Shown here: in pieces, positions 1-13,500 of the stretch
How the letters are laid out: each line of letters opens with the position of its first letter
How positions within the stretch are numbered: position 1 is the first letter of the stretch
NCBI GenBank assembly: GCA_030704615.1
Contig: CM060734.1
Coordinates: 25,606,001-25,670,000, forward strand
Source: Takakia lepidozioides
Lineage: Eukaryota > Plantae > Bryophyta
Reading direction: 5' to 3'
Length of the DNA stretch: 64,000 nt
The notes under the pieces: model-generated
What the model was told of the DNA's origin: nothing
The model's input: the letters and a program-made list of their open reading frames with translations, nothing else
Databases searched by the model: none
Translations under genes and position numbers: made by a program

Positions 1-1350
1 CGTACGCCTTCTCAAACATCGTGAGAAGGAATTTAGTCATCTTTTTAAATGACTTTTGTTGCAATGGGGATGCAAAGGATCACGTTGCAGCATTACAAGA
101 ATGTTTCATCAGGTGCAGAGACAACGAAATATCGCTCAACCCAATGAAGTGCGTATTTGTAGTCACACATGGACTGCTATTGGGACACGTAGTGTCCAGA
201 GACGGTGTGGCGACAGACCCAGCAAAGGTGAGAGCCATAGTCGAGCTTCCCGCACCAGAGACATCTTCTAAGGTGAAGGGATTCATTGGCCACACAGGGT
301 GGTATAGGAAATTTATGGACAAATATGCAGCAGAGGCCTTACCTCTAACTCGATTACTTAAGGAGAACTAGGTATTTTCCTGGGACACAGAATGTCAGGA
401 GTCATTTGAAACGCTCAAGCAACGCTTGGTGTCTGCCCTAGTTTTGGCAGCTCCGGATTGGAAGAGGCCTTTCCATATTTACGTGGATGCTTCAGCAGTG
501 GCAGTAAGCTGTGCCCTTTGCCAACCAGATACTGATGGCCACGATCATCTGATATCTTTCGCCAGCCGACAGCTGACATTAGCTGAGACTAGGTATAGCA
601 CCACAGAGCGGGAGGCTCTGGGAATGATTTTTGCCGTGAAGAAATATCGGCATTATTTATTGGAGACACCTTTCACATTTTTCGTTGATCACATGGCACT
701 GTGATACCTGATCAACAAGCCTGATTTGACGGGAAGAATAGCCAGGTGGGTATTCTGCTTCAAGAATTTGACGACAAGGTAGTCTACAAGCCAGGAAGAC
801 TTAATGCTCAGGCCGATCACCTTTCCCGATTGTCGGAAAAAACAGGAGACGAGCCTATTGACGAGATTTTCCGGATGTGTTCTTGTTCTCCATAGAGACA
901 GTTCCTCCATGGTATGAGCACATTGCTCAATATTTGAGCACCCTGGAATTTCCCCCAGGAATGGATCAACATGCGCGACGAAAGCTTCAACTGCACAACA
1001 TGAAGTTTGTTCTTCTGGGAGGGCAACTTTATAGAAGGGGCAATACGTCACCCCAGAAGAGGTTCCTCAGATTTTAGAGTTGGCTCATGACAGCATGTGT
1101 GGAGGACACTTTGCAGGGCGACTCACAGTGCAAAAGGTTTTAAGGGCAGGATATTACTGGCCCTCCATGTTCAAAGATGCGCACATGCATGTGCGAAAAT
1201 GACTCTTGTCAGAGGTACACAAAACGGGATAACAGGCTCGGAATGCCATTAGTTCCCACCCTCCCTCTTGCTCCATTTGAGAAGTGGGGGATCGACTATG
1301 TGGGGAAGTGCACCCAACATCGAGTCGACAAAATTGCTACATCATCGCAG
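1..1350 (+). pseudogene. Ty3/gypsy pol fragment (RT C-terminus, RNase H, integrase N-terminus), broken by stops and frameshifts
   Basis: ORF pieces read FLNDF..LLGHVVS..DPAKV (RT), FHIYVDAS..YSTTEREAL..FVDH (RNase H), and GGHF..YYWP..PFEKWGIDYVG (integrase). Truncated at ~1350; no LTR in the window. Confidence 0.9.
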
Positions 1351-1794
1351 TTGCACATTTAAGTGATCAGGTAGGCCAGTTACAATCTGTTTGAAAGTGG
1401 GTGGATCTTCAAATACCACACACTGGTCTTACCCTTCAACCACTTGAAGCATGGTCCACTCTAATATTTAACGTTGTACATGTCATACTCAGTGTTCATC
1501 TCATGGCAATCCCGTGTGTGACAAGATTTGTTTCTCTCCTTGTGAATCCTGACTACATAAGAACTTGCCCAACCACTTCACAACTGATGCTGCGAAAACA
1601 GATGTAAACCACCCCTCACCCTCTTATTCCCCCCCAAAACCAACCTCCCCTATATTGTCTTTCTATCCCAAGTCTGACAAGTGAGATTGCTGCCTAGCAA
1701 ATCCAAAATCTTGAATGACTCTTCCACAACTCGGGTGATCACATTCATTCCCTTGCTCTTCCCTGCTCGACCAACTGCCCAGTTGACCCAGGTC

Positions 1795-4700
1795 TCAGAG
1801 ATCTAGAAGCAAACGGCGGGGATCTTCAACTGCGTCCTTGATGGCACGGAGAAATAAAACAGCCTCCCTCCCATCGATGAGCCGGTGATCATAGGTCAGC
1901 GCCACATACATCATGGGTCTTGCAACAATGTCAGTGCCAATAACCACAGGACGCTTCTGGATGGAATGCATTCCCAAAATTGCCGACTGCATCCGCACAT
2001 TCCAAACCAAAGATCAATTTCTGGAACATGCACTGAAATGGTAAAGCCTATGGCATTTTCTCTCAACCTTAGAATACTAGGGCCATTCGGTAGATTACCT
2101 TGGTCCCCATCTAGTCCAACAGTAAAACCTCAGGTCTTCCTAAAGAATGGCAGTCTGGTCAATAGGCTACTAGCTGTTGGAAGGAGGAACTTCATCCAAA
2201 ATCTTCAACTCCTAGAGTAAGGATGTGAATGAAAGTTCTTCTGATAATACCAAATAGAAGCCTCTAATGAATCATACCTGAGGTGGATTGATAATGGGGG
2301 TGCTGATGAGACTGCCATAGACACCACCATTGGAGATGGTAAAGGTGCCACCCGCCATGTCATCGATCGATATGCTCCCATCATTCGCCTTTTTCCCCAG
2401 GGAATTGATTGTCTTCTCTATCTGTGCAAAATTCATGTGATCTGCCCCCCGGATCACAGGAACCACGAGTCCCTGGCACACCAACCACAATTGTTAAGAT
2501 TACACTACCAGACTAGTTCTACTACTGTCAGTGGAGAAATATCTCATGTGAATCACTGCCAGTCTCTAAAACAAAGTGTCCTCTTCTGTAAGATGCGAGT
2601 CCCTCGGAAGCAGACATCAGTACCAAAAAGTGCAATGGTATAAAGTAAAATGCTACCAGCCAATCACCTGAGTCTTCGCCTTCCTTCTCCCCTGTATCCT
2701 CACCTGCCCCTACCGTTCATGTTATGACACTGCGCAACAGTTAGCGCACTGGCATTATACCATACTGCCTCAGCTCTGGTTGCAGGCTGTGGGACTAGTA
2801 GACTCTTGAATTCAAGCAGAACAGATGACCAGCTTTGAAGCTCTCACCTTTGCTGTGCCAACAGCAATGCTGATGTCAATGTAGTCCCTGTAGATGATGT
2901 CATCCCCATCAATCACTGCATTTACAACAGGCAGCTGCTGGAGCGCACTCACGGCTGCCTACACACCAGCCAAACCAGAGCATGATTACAGGTTTCAACC
3001 AGCAGCTTCTGTTGAATTAAACATAATTTGGTGCTGTTTCATTCCCAAATGCTTCTGTACCTAGGGGAACTTGTCCCCCTTGCAGTTTAAGTATGTTCTT
3101 GACAGTTCTCATCTAAAAAAGGTGTATATAATCTACAAAACATAAAGTTGTTCAGAAGCACAAGACCACTCCACAGCTTTTGAAGTAAGAAACCTTAGCC
3201 TGCACATATTTAGGCAACTGCATCTCACATTCTGTTATATTCTGCAGCCACATACAAGTTGGCAACCAAACTATATTGCCATGCAAAAGCACTTGGCAGA
3301 GGTACTAGAAAGGAACACTAATCACCTTTACAAAACCAGACATGAAACCCAGTTTCACACCATGCTTCTCTTGAAAAGAATCCTTATATTCGGCCCGCAA
3401 ACCCATTAAGTTAGTCCTGTTTTTCAAGCCCACCAAAAGATATCAGCTTCTATACAAGCACAAGGTGTAATAAATAAGCCCCCACCCTCTGGAGAAAGAC
3501 TGAAAAACACCAGGGAAACAAAACAAGGATAGTGTGACAGTTTCAATAATGCACACATAAAACACCCTCCAGGCAATGCAAAAGCACAAAAAATGTGGTT
3601 ACACTCTGCAAACAAGAGGCGTACATGTCAATCTCATTGAATGTGGTAAGCAGGGCAAATGTGTTTTGTGAATCCTTCAACCGGGTAGCCACTCGCTTCC
3701 GCAACCGCGTCATTGGGATCTAGATTTCACAAACGGGATATAATTTTCAAAGAAGGATATCAGAGTGCAATCCAGACCCCCTGTAACACCACAGCCCAAG
3801 CTAGCTGGAACAAAATGAGCTCAAGGGAGATGCAAAACATAAAACAAGAAACAGACTTACAATCAGAGCCAATGAGACACTCATTAGCCTCCTCAATCCT
3901 CAATAACCTTTAATAATGCTGCAAGAAAGAAAATTTGCTGACTTCAAGATGCCAACAGAGACAACTTGTCCACCTCCACTAACTGACATATTATGACGCC
4001 TGAGACAAGAAATGACATTGCTAACCTAAATCATCAACTTGGTATACTCAAGGCAGCAAATTTCTTACTTTCCCAGTCTGGAAACACACTCCACCTGAAG
4101 TAAAGCTAAACATCTCTAGGCCAGAGCGAGATCACAAATCTGACTCACGCTTCGCTCTCCACCCTTGGGGGGAAGCTGCGGTTCCATGTGAGAGACGCAT
4201 CCAACAGGCCTTGGGGGAGGAGGGGGAGGAGCAGACTTGGGGGCTTTGGGAGGGGGTGGCGGAGACTCGGCTTCAGGCGGGGTAGCAGCCCGTTCTTCCT
4301 TGATGGGGGCATTGGGAGGGGGTGCAGCAGCTGTCCCTGATGTATCACCTACAGCTACCACTGCAATTTTTGTTCCTGGTGTGACTGTGTCACCTTCCTT
4401 TGCTGTAATCTGCATCAACAAATCACAACTAGAATGAATGGACAAGACTAAAATGCACTTCCTTAAGGTGTATTGTCCGTATTGCCTGATGTCTGCTCTG
4501 TGTTAGAGTGTCTCTTAGATCAGCCTACAGATGCAAAAGCACAATTTTTAACCTTCAAGGGTTAGATTGAAATCCCACCTCCCAGAATTATTTCACTATA
4601 GGTAATGGAAAACACAACCATGACAAGACAATAAGTGTAATTTATGGTGAAACCCCAATTTCAGTTTACTTAATTGATGTGAATGTCCCCAGCTCACTAA

Positions 4701-7407
4701 AAGTGGATTCACAAATAGGAAGAATCGAAACAGGTTGCAAACGTAATGATGAAAACAGTAATACCACTTCAATTTTGCCAGTAGAAGGGCTCCGCACATC
4801 AATTGTGACCTGGAACACAAACAGAAGGAATAATCAACATGCAAAAACACAGAAGTTCACAAGGGAACAGGTGGGAACAAACAGTCCGCGGTAGAAAGCT
4901 TCCAAAATCTTAAAAGATTGAAAAACTGTTTCTAGAAGGGTGCCTGCTGTTGCAGTGGAAACAGATATTTTAGGCGGACAGGATAGTTAGGAGAGCAAAT
5001 TAATACAGCAAAGGCTACATTTTAAGCAACTCTCACAAACCTTATCAGTGTCTATCTGAGCAATAACCTCATCCACAGCAACAGAATCCCCAGCCTCTGT
5101 CCATTCACACAGCACACAATAACACTTTTAACTGGAGTAGAACTGAAAATTTTCAATTTCCTATCCACCAAATCTCCATACATTCTGTAGGCATAAAGCA
5201 TATGTGATGACACCTCAAGCAAGCAGCCTGCAATTATCTAAGTGCCCTGCGCAAAATTAGAGACTGTAGGCACTAGCTGACTGGCAAGCTGCTCCATAAC
5301 TGCAATCCTGACATGGTGAGCATGAGCTAATCCATTAGTTATGATCACCCCGCAAAGGGGGCAGTACCTGCGAGAGGAAGTGGCTCTTATCTACACTGGC
5401 TTCAGCCAGAGTTTTCTTTCACTCTTAGGACAATGCTGATCAACGGTTAAGATTTCATAACTGGAGAAGATGGAGGGAAGGTGAACTACATAAGCCCAAG
5501 CCGCAGTAGAGAGCATTGCCACAACAATGTCCTAGCTACTACACCTTTGACCATATGCCTCAAGCAAACATCAGAGGCCTAAGGAGAAAACCTGGGGAAA
5601 GAGATGAAATGAGCATGATAAGAATCGGTCTAGTGTTGCTTACTTTTTAAAATGGCCGCAAGAGTTCCATCAGGCACTGAGTCGCCCATGAATGGCACAA
5701 TCACATCCCCCTTCCCCCCTGCCATTTCATTGCACGAATTTAACTGACAGTTTTGTACTAGGACTATCTACAATGTTTTGATCCTCATTAGCCCAGATCG
5801 ATGTGTTGAAGTTAACCCTAATTGCCACTGTGATGCCTGACCACGCAACCAGATGGTTTAATTCAGACTTGAAGACCAGTATCCACTGTGAGGGTCTCAA
5901 TAATGGCACTTCTAGAATGCTAATTCCATAGGGCCTCTGTGGAAGGGCTCTGCTAGATACAAATGCCAGAGATAGGGTTACTGGTATGCACATGTCCACT
6001 GGCTATGACGATGCACATCAATACCACCCACAAGGTTGGCTGAACGTACAGGACTCACTTAGCTATATGCAGAAGACAGACATGAGATAAAAACAAAAAC
6101 CCCTAAAGTTCAGTGCAAAGCCGATTTCTCAAAAGGAACTATGTTCCATGTGAATGCACATTTGCTCACAGAGCAGGCACATGTATAACTCATCCAAAAC
6201 TGCCCAGACAGCCTTGTCATTTTAGAGGGAGCAGCTGGGTCACTGACAACTGTATCGGCATGCTTATGAACTAACATGGCACAAGGGTAACTACAGCTAT
6301 GCGTGATCAGCATCCAGTCATGAAGGACTAGTACAGAAACAGAGTTCCCATAGGAAAACAAGTAGTGGGCTTTCACTAACATATGCATCTCAGGAGAAAA
6401 TAACCTGCTGGGTCTGCGAACTTCCTGATCCATCCCTTCCAAATCGGCCTCTCCTTCAAATTTAGCAAATCCCTGCATTACAATCACCCACAAATGTTGA
6501 CCACTAATTTCTGAATCTCAGACAGCATTCCACAGACATGAGACCTCTAATGCAACATTGCATGTCATACACGACTGCGGGAATAAGCACATCGAATGTC
6601 CTCTTCAACCAATCCCACAATTGGCAGTCAAGCACACTAAAAGAAGTGGGAACCTTCTACTTCCATGAGACTATCAACACAGACTGCACTTCATGATGCT
6701 GGAAAATAAGCAAACGTAGCCCAGCCAAAATGCCTTCACTGTGTCATTCCAACTTATTGAAACCTAAATATATAAAATGTGCCCCTGAACTAGTATCTGA
6801 ATGCATCAACCATCGCATGCACCAGTTTATCAAATACAGAGGCAACAGGAGGAAGAAATAGTAGCAGAGACCAACCTCAACACAATTGACGAGACCGGAT
6901 CTGCAAAGGCAAAATGTCATATTGGAGTTGGTCAACGAAACACTGAAAATTGATCTCGCCAGTGAAAAAGAAAAAATCAAGGAACTGATACAATAACCTA
7001 GGTGAAGGAACTATTATTATAACCTAGCTGCAGTTGCCCTGCGATCTCAAAAACGATTGCATACGAAATCAACCGTCACCTGAAGAGGAAGCAGACACAA
7101 AATCTCTGAGGTGTTGCGAAGTCCTCCTCAAAGCTCCTCTCTGCAAAAAATCGAAGTTTGCAGATGACAATGATACGTCCTCCTCTCCCCTCTAGGCAAC
7201 AGCGCGCTGCAGATGTGAAACGCAACAATCCCATTTCCCCGCCCCCTCTCACTCTCTCTCTCTCCCTCGCTTCCATATCAGAACTCCTCAAATCTCCTTG
7301 ATGGCAAGCATGCACAGAACGACAAAGACCTTCACAAGCGAGCAAGAGGAGAAGCGCGAGGCGCGCGAGGCATGAGTGCGCAGCAGGCGTACAAGCACGC
7401 GCTCCAT
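1795..7407 (-). CDS. DLST: Dihydrolipoyllysine-residue succinyltransferase (E2 of mitochondrial 2-oxoglutarate dehydrogenase), about 13 coding exons
   Basis: GT-AG exons give an Arg/Ser-rich transit peptide ([24 protein letters not shown] 7407, exon 7330-7407), a lipoyl domain ([13 protein letters not shown] ~5645-5705; [14 protein letters not shown] ~5042-5096; VTIDVRSP ~4765-4810) and a Pro/Ala linker (~4149-4409). The catalytic domain reads [18 protein letters not shown] (~3625-3720), [25 protein letters not shown] (2278-2472) and [20 protein letters not shown] (1795-1987). Internal exon edges are approximate. Confidence 0.95.
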
Positions 7408-7751
7408 CACAACGGCGTTCTTATACCACAGGGGACCTGCATCCACAGATTCACCCCACGCAGGCTGGCAGCTCAATCTCTCCCTCTTGACAGGGACAGC
7501 TACTGACAGATCTCTCGAATGCTTGGTCCTACCTGCACAGCGCCTCAGGCTTGTCCGCAGCTCGCCTGCTACACTGGGATCCCAACATGGAAAGCGGAAG
7601 AGAAGGATGTCAACGGGTGGGCAGGCAGCGGCGGGCGAAGAAGAGTAACGCACGCGCTGCAGGGGAGACAGAGGTAGGTGTCGCGAAGGTGCAACGAAGA
7701 AGCCTTTGCGTTCTAAGTCTTTGTCTTTTTTTTTTTTTTTGGCAAACGGCA

Positions 7752-8291
7752 TGTGGAGCTGGGATTCCTTCTCACCTTACTTTTCGACATGGATGAATGG
7801 AGGAGGGATGCGCTCCGGATGATTTAAGGGATGGACGAAGCCAGGATGAAGTCTGGATGAACTTACACCTTGGGATGAGCTGGCAACAGCTGATGGCTTT
7901 ATTAGGGGCTGTCTTATTCTAACAGCTAGTTTAGGATTAGATTAGGATGGGACTGGGGTGATCTGGCTTCTTTCTATGGCTGTGCAGGAAGGGCATCTGG
8001 TGAACCTATATGTAAGTGTTACGCGGCACTAGGATTAGATTATAACCTAATACTATTTAAACCTCACTGTCGTGGCAGTGAGGGTGGTGGCTTTTTGGGT
8101 CTTACACGAGCGTACGTTGGGTGTAACGGTGTGCTTGAGTGGTTGGATGAAAGTGTTACGGAGGTTTGAGTCTGTGTGGTGTCATCTTAGTAAGATTCCG
8201 TCTTCTTTGCCAGGCCCATCTATCGACTATATTCCCCAGATAAGGTTAAGTCCGGTAGAGGAACGGGAACAAACCCATAGCGCCGGAATCA
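7752..8291 (+). repeat. 5' LTR of element A (540 bp, TG...CA)
   Basis: The first ~350 bp align closely with 14255-14597. It ends ...GGAATCA immediately before the PBS. Confidence 0.9.
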
Positions 8292-8309
8292 TGGTGGAGA
8301 TGCGGGGTA
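8292..8309 (+). promoter_or_regulatory. Primer-binding site complementary to the tRNA-Ala 3' end
   Basis: TGGTGGAGATGCGGGGTA is the reverse complement of ...TACCCCGCATCTCCACCA (plant tRNA-Ala 3' end, from memory) and lies directly after the LTR CA. Confidence 0.85.
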
Positions 8310-8501
8310 ACTAAAATCGTTGACAGAGGATTTAGTTGGTACGAAGCACCTGAGAACAATAGATTGGGTACGGAAGATCCTGCATGACGGAAGGGAGCGG
8401 TAGTTGCAAAATGGCGGTTTGTGTCTCGCTCGCAGAAAGAGGGAGAGGAAGTTTGTCTGCTCAAGCTTTTATGTGTTTTGAGAGTTTAGCAAGCAAGCAC
8501 T

Positions 8502-9379
8502 ATGGCTTCCAGTTCTGAGCGTGGTTGGTTCGAACTTGATCAATTCGAGGTCCCGCGCTTGAAGCAGACTCTGGAGTTGGAATCTCGCTACATCTGTGAG
8601 CTTGCGCGCAACCTGTTGCCTGAGCAGTTGGTTTTTGTTGATTACCCGGAGGGAGAACCCATTCCGCTGCCCGAGCTCCCGTTGGACACGCCCTCCGAGT
8701 TCTGGGCCAAAACCTTTGAGGAAACTCCGCGCAAGGAAGCTTGCAAACCCATACGCACCAAAGCGGAGCAGAGGGAGCAGAGCCGGCGCATTCGCGAATC
8801 TCTTCAAGAAGCCTATGCTGCACGCATTCTCCTCAAACTTCATTCCAGGGGAGTCACTCTACAAATCCTCCTTGCTAGTGCCAAGGAGCAATGGAGAGTG
8901 GTGAGAAGCTTAGCTGGGCTGTCTTGGGCATTCCACAATTCTCTGTGAGTCGAGAATTGGGTGTAGAGCTTGAGAGCTTCTTGCTTCCTGACAAGCCAAG
9001 CCCTCTACGATTGTGGGAACTGGTTAAAGGATGAACGTCTATCCTGCTTGCTAATTTAAGGCCTCGAGTTCCGCCAGCCCCTACCCGGGATCCCACTTGG
9101 GAAGAGCTCATTGTGTTGATCTTTCTGGGGGTGTGTTTTCGGCGTGAAACAGTAGGTCTCTACAAGGCCGAAGAAGCTCAGACATATCCTGCACACACGC
9201 TATTGGTGAAGGAAAAAGTGGTACGCAGCATCGTGCGCGTGGCTTTTTGGCTCAAGGGTGAAGAGGAACTGTGGGCATTCTTGGGAGAAGGAGTGTACCT
9301 GCTACACAAGCACCGCTTCATCACCTCCCACTGTGTGTCCGGGTGGGACTTGCAGCTTAGTGCTCCTTCGTACAGGTAG
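8502..9379 (+). pseudogene. Extra ORF(s) of unknown function between PBS and gag in element A
   Basis: 148-aa ATG ORF (MASSSERGWFELDQF..) plus a downstream piece at 9113-9379, probably one broken ORF. No recognised motif. Confidence 0.45.
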
Positions 9380-9397
9380 CCGTGTACTTCCCTTCGC

Positions 9398-10567
9398 ATG
9401 CCTGTATTTACAATATCTATGCTAGAAAGGGAAGCAGAAGAGACAATGGGACTGAGTGAGTTGAAAAAATGTGCAGCGGAGGAGAGGGAAGAGACAACAA
9501 CTAATGAAAAGAATAGTATGGAAAGAGGAGAGTCGTCCGGAGATCACAAAGATCCGGCGACTATGCCTCAGCCCACATTTGATTTGGACGAGTTGTGTGA
9601 AGCCATGGGGGTGATTTCAAATTGCCCCCCCCTTTTGAAGATGTTGCTGAAACAATCCGAAGTTCCGGATACTACTTCACGGAAATCTGATCATGGAGAG
9701 CGCATGCATAAGCAGCAATACCCTGAGTACAACTTAGGGGAGGATTTTGAGTCATTCTTGGAATTTTTTGAAATCAGCACTAAAATTAATGGAGTTCCCC
9801 CACGATTCCAAGTCAAGTCCTTTCGGATCTGTCTCAAGGGCGAGGCCAGGCAACTGTTTGAGTCCAATATTAAGGACAAAAATGATCTTACGTGGGTTGA
9901 AGCCAGAGAGTTGGCTCGCAAGCTCTTTCGTGAAGAAAAGCCCATAGCTTACACCACACCAGACTTAAAATTTCATTATGGCGACAGTGTGTGGAAATAC
10001 TACACTGATTTACAAACTGCCATCTGTAAGTCGGTTTTGATTGCTTCAGAGAGACCTGCTATTTTGAAACATTGTTTTGTAAAGGGCTTGCCCCCTGCTG
10101 AGAAAGTGTTTATGCAAAAACAGACTTACACCACTGAAGATGAGATGGTGGAATTGATTGAAGAAAGGTTACGTCTCAAAGTTGCCAAGGCAGGCCTGTC
10201 TAAAGTTACCAACACGAAACACACTCATCTGGCTAGTGAGAGTCACTATGTAGAGCCTACTGATGGGGACCCTGGGGTGAAAGGTATTGCAGAAGATCTG
10301 GTCCCTTCCATTGTGCATGAGTTATCATCTTTTTGTAATGAAATCCAGGGAGAACGACAAGCCTTCAAAGCCGAGGTAGGCTGGAACCCTGCAGTCCCTG
10401 CCAGATCAGGGCCTCAAGGTAAAGCCCTTGCTGGCATTTGTCATGACACCAGGACCTCAGTGGTGGCATGCATGATCTGCAAGTCCATCAAGCATTACAC
10501 CAGGTGGTGCTCTTACCAATCTGACTTGCCTGCCCTGATTGAACAGTTACAAAGAGACAAAAAATAG
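9398..10567 (+). CDS. Gag of element A
   Basis: 389 aa with a retrotransposon-gag-like core (FLEFFE..LKGEARQLF..LTW..F; FVKGLP) and a CCHC knuckle CMICKSIKHYTRWC. Confidence 0.85.
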   Translation: MPVFTISMLEREAEETMGLSELKKCAAEEREETTTNEKNSMERGESSGDHKDPATMPQPTFDLDELCEAMGVISNCPPLLKMLLKQSEVPDTTSRKSDHGERMHKQQYPEYNLGEDFESFLEFFEISTKINGVPPRFQVKSFRICLKGEARQLFESNIKDKNDLTWVEARELARKLFREEKPIAYTTPDLKFHYGDSVWKYYTDLQTAICKSVLIASERPAILKHCFVKGLPPAEKVFMQKQTYTTEDEMVELIEERLRLKVAKAGLSKVTNTKHTHLASESHYVEPTDGDPGVKGIAEDLVPSIVHELSSFCNEIQGERQAFKAEVGWNPAVPARSGPQGKALAGICHDTRTSVVACMICKSIKHYTRWCSYQSDLPALIEQLQRDKK

Positions 10568-10590
10568 AAGGGTACTTTAAACGAACCTGG

Positions 10591-13500
10591 GTGCCAGATG
10601 ACCATGGTCAGAACCCCAACCCGCTGGTAAGTGCTGTTCTTTCTCGTGATTTCAAACTCATGCACTGTGAGGCCTATAAGCGCGTCAGTCGGGACCGTAT
10701 CCACCCATTATTGATGACACAATGTCATGTGGGCCACCTTTCCTTTCCATGTGTTATTGATATTGGTTGTAAAATGTCTGCCATTCCACTTAGTACAGTC
10801 CGCATTCTTGGATTAAAGATTAGATATGCTCGTGGCCTTGTGGTTACCATAGCTGATGGCACGGCATATGAACCCATTGGGTTAGTCACCTTACCTATCC
10901 GCATTAGTGGGAAAACTGTCTTGCTGACCTGCATTGTCACCATGGGTGAACAAGTTTTGTTGGGTCTGGATTGGATGAAGGGTGCAGAGGCCAGCATTGA
11001 CATCATGAACAATCTTATGTGCCTTCACAATGGTGAAGGGCAACCTTACAAGGTGAGTCTAAACCATGTTACTATTGCCGCTGGGACCTCTATGGCCAAC
11101 TATTCTCGTCTCAAACTTCAAGCTGAAAAGATGAAGGAGCAGGTGGGTTTGCATTATAATTGGGCCGAATTCAGCCAGTTCCAACCACTTGGTGATACTT
11201 TGTACCAATGGTATTTCCCTCCACCAGGTAAGAAGTCTGGACCTCCCTTGCCTGTGACAAAGAATTCTCTTTTGCTACGTTCTCCTATTGACTTCATCAT
11301 CCCTGCTTTTTCTCAGCGCATAGTACCTATAGGCTTAGCTTTTGCTTGCCCTGCAAGTCATTTCCTTGAGATTGAGGGCTGGAAAAAACTTACCCTCCAA
11401 AAGCACTGTCTGGTTGCTTCTGGGGTTTTAGACAGGGGATTCAAAGGCGAGGTCAGGTTACTTATTGCTAATCCTGAACGCATTAGCATCAGTGTCCGTA
11501 GGGGTTAGGTCCTTGCTAGGCTCACTGCTTCTCCCTTGTCTGAGTTGGCCTCTGTTCAGAAAGGTCTCAGTCTTCATGATATTGGGCTGGTAGACTCCCC
11601 CGTGGACCAACTCCAGGCGTTTGCCTCTCATTCTGGTTCCACTGACAAGGCAATTTTACTCCTGAAGCATAGCAACATTTTCAGCAAGTCTTAAAGGATA
11701 TTAAGGTGGGTGATCATCTTACTCCCCAGCAGATTAATCGCCTGCACCAGTTTCTCCGTGACAATCTTGACATCTTTAGTAAAGGGCTTCATGACTTGGG
11801 CAGCACCACCCTTCTGGATCATGACATCGTCACGGAGGGTAAGCCTATCAAACAACATGCGTATAGGGAGAGTGTTCGTGAGCGAAAGGTCATTCAGGAA
11901 GAGATTACCAAGATGCTTGATGCTGGTGTTATCACCCCCTCCATATCCCCTTGGGCTAGTCCCATTGTCTTGGTGGGTAAGAAGGATGGCTCCACCCATT
12001 TTTGCGTTGATTTTTGGCGTTTAAATGCCATCACAAAGAAAGATGTTTACCCTTTGCCACGCATCAATGAAACGCTAGATCAACTTAATGGGGCCACTAT
12101 CTTCTCTTCCTTAGATTTAGCCTCTGGCTTTTGGCAAGTTCCTTTAACTGCTGCTGCTAAGGAGAAAACTGCCTTCACATGTAGGATGGGCCTCTTCCAA
12201 TTTGAAACCATGCCTTTTGGTCTTTGCAACGCCACTGTTACATTTCAGCGCCTTATGGATATAGTTTTAGGAAACCTTCGTTGGGAGTGTGCCTTGGTTT
12301 ACATTGATGACATCAACATTTACTCTACAACGTTTGATGCTCATCTGTTGGATTTCCAGCGGGTTGTGTGCAGACTCCGTGCAGCCGGGCTTAAGGTTAA
12401 AGCCAAGAAGTGTGATTTTGCATGGAACAACTCCATTTCTTAGGCCATCTGCTTTCTGCTGTTGGCATCAGTCCTGACCCAGCTAAGATCCAAGCTGTGT
12501 GGAACTATCTAGCCCCTCGGGATAAAACATGCGTTAAAGCCTTCTTAGGCTTGGGTTCTTACTATCGTCGCTTTATTTTTCAGTTTGCCAAATTAGCTGC
12601 TCCCCTCACTCGCTTGTTATCCAAGGATGCTCGTTTTGTATGGGGTACTGTTGAAACGTCCGCATTTGAGAAACTCAAAATTGCACTAACCTCTACTCCT
12701 GTGCTTGCCTATCCTGATTTCACCTTGTCATTTATCTTGCAAACTGATGCCAGTGATCTAGCTATCTCTGTTGTGTTGAGCCAGATTCAAGATGGTCAGG
12801 AGCATGCCATCGCCTACGCCTCTTGCCGCCTTGATAAACATGAGCGCAATTACTCTATCACTGACAAGGAAGGCTTTGCAGTTATCTTTGGAGTCAAATA
12901 TTTTAGGCAGTATTTACATGGCTGTCATTTTACCATTGAAACTGATCATCTCCCTTTAAAAGCCTTGCTTACCCCTCATGAACTCACTGACAGATTAGCC
13001 CGGTGGACTCTAATTCTGCAAGGCTATGACTTTACCATCTCCTACAAGCGTGGAAAGGATAATGTTAATGCTGATGCTTTGACTCGAGGCGAATCCAAAA
13101 TCCCTGCACCTTATACTACCTTAAATGATCTGGTCTCTCCTACTGCACGCTCTACATCACCTGTTGTGCCTATTTCCGATCCCTATGCCTTGTGTCATTT
13201 GCTGGACTATCCTTATGTTCCTCCAGATTTGCTTGACACTTGGGATCTTCTACAGTTTGATGTTGGTTGACTCTCCCCTGGTATTGGCATGAATTTTGGT
13301 CTGGTATCCTACAGATTGGTCCGGTACTTTCCCTTACCTTAGAACTGCTCATCTTGTCTTACACCTGCCTTGGTTTGTTTCCTGACCGAGGGACTGAGCT
13401 GAGCTTTACAACCTGCTTGCCTCCTCATAGGCAGCCAACTGAAAATGAAGTCAGGATTACGAAAGAAAGAGAATGGGGGCTGCCACTTTCTTCTCGCCTG

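Noticed and set aside
5727-6980. Independent small ORFs inside DLST, and antisense ORFs over the retroelements
   Set aside because: They are intronic or shadow frames with no recognisable motifs.
8292-8309. tRNA gene
   Set aside because: Only 18 nt complementary to a tRNA 3' end, directly after an LTR; this is a PBS.
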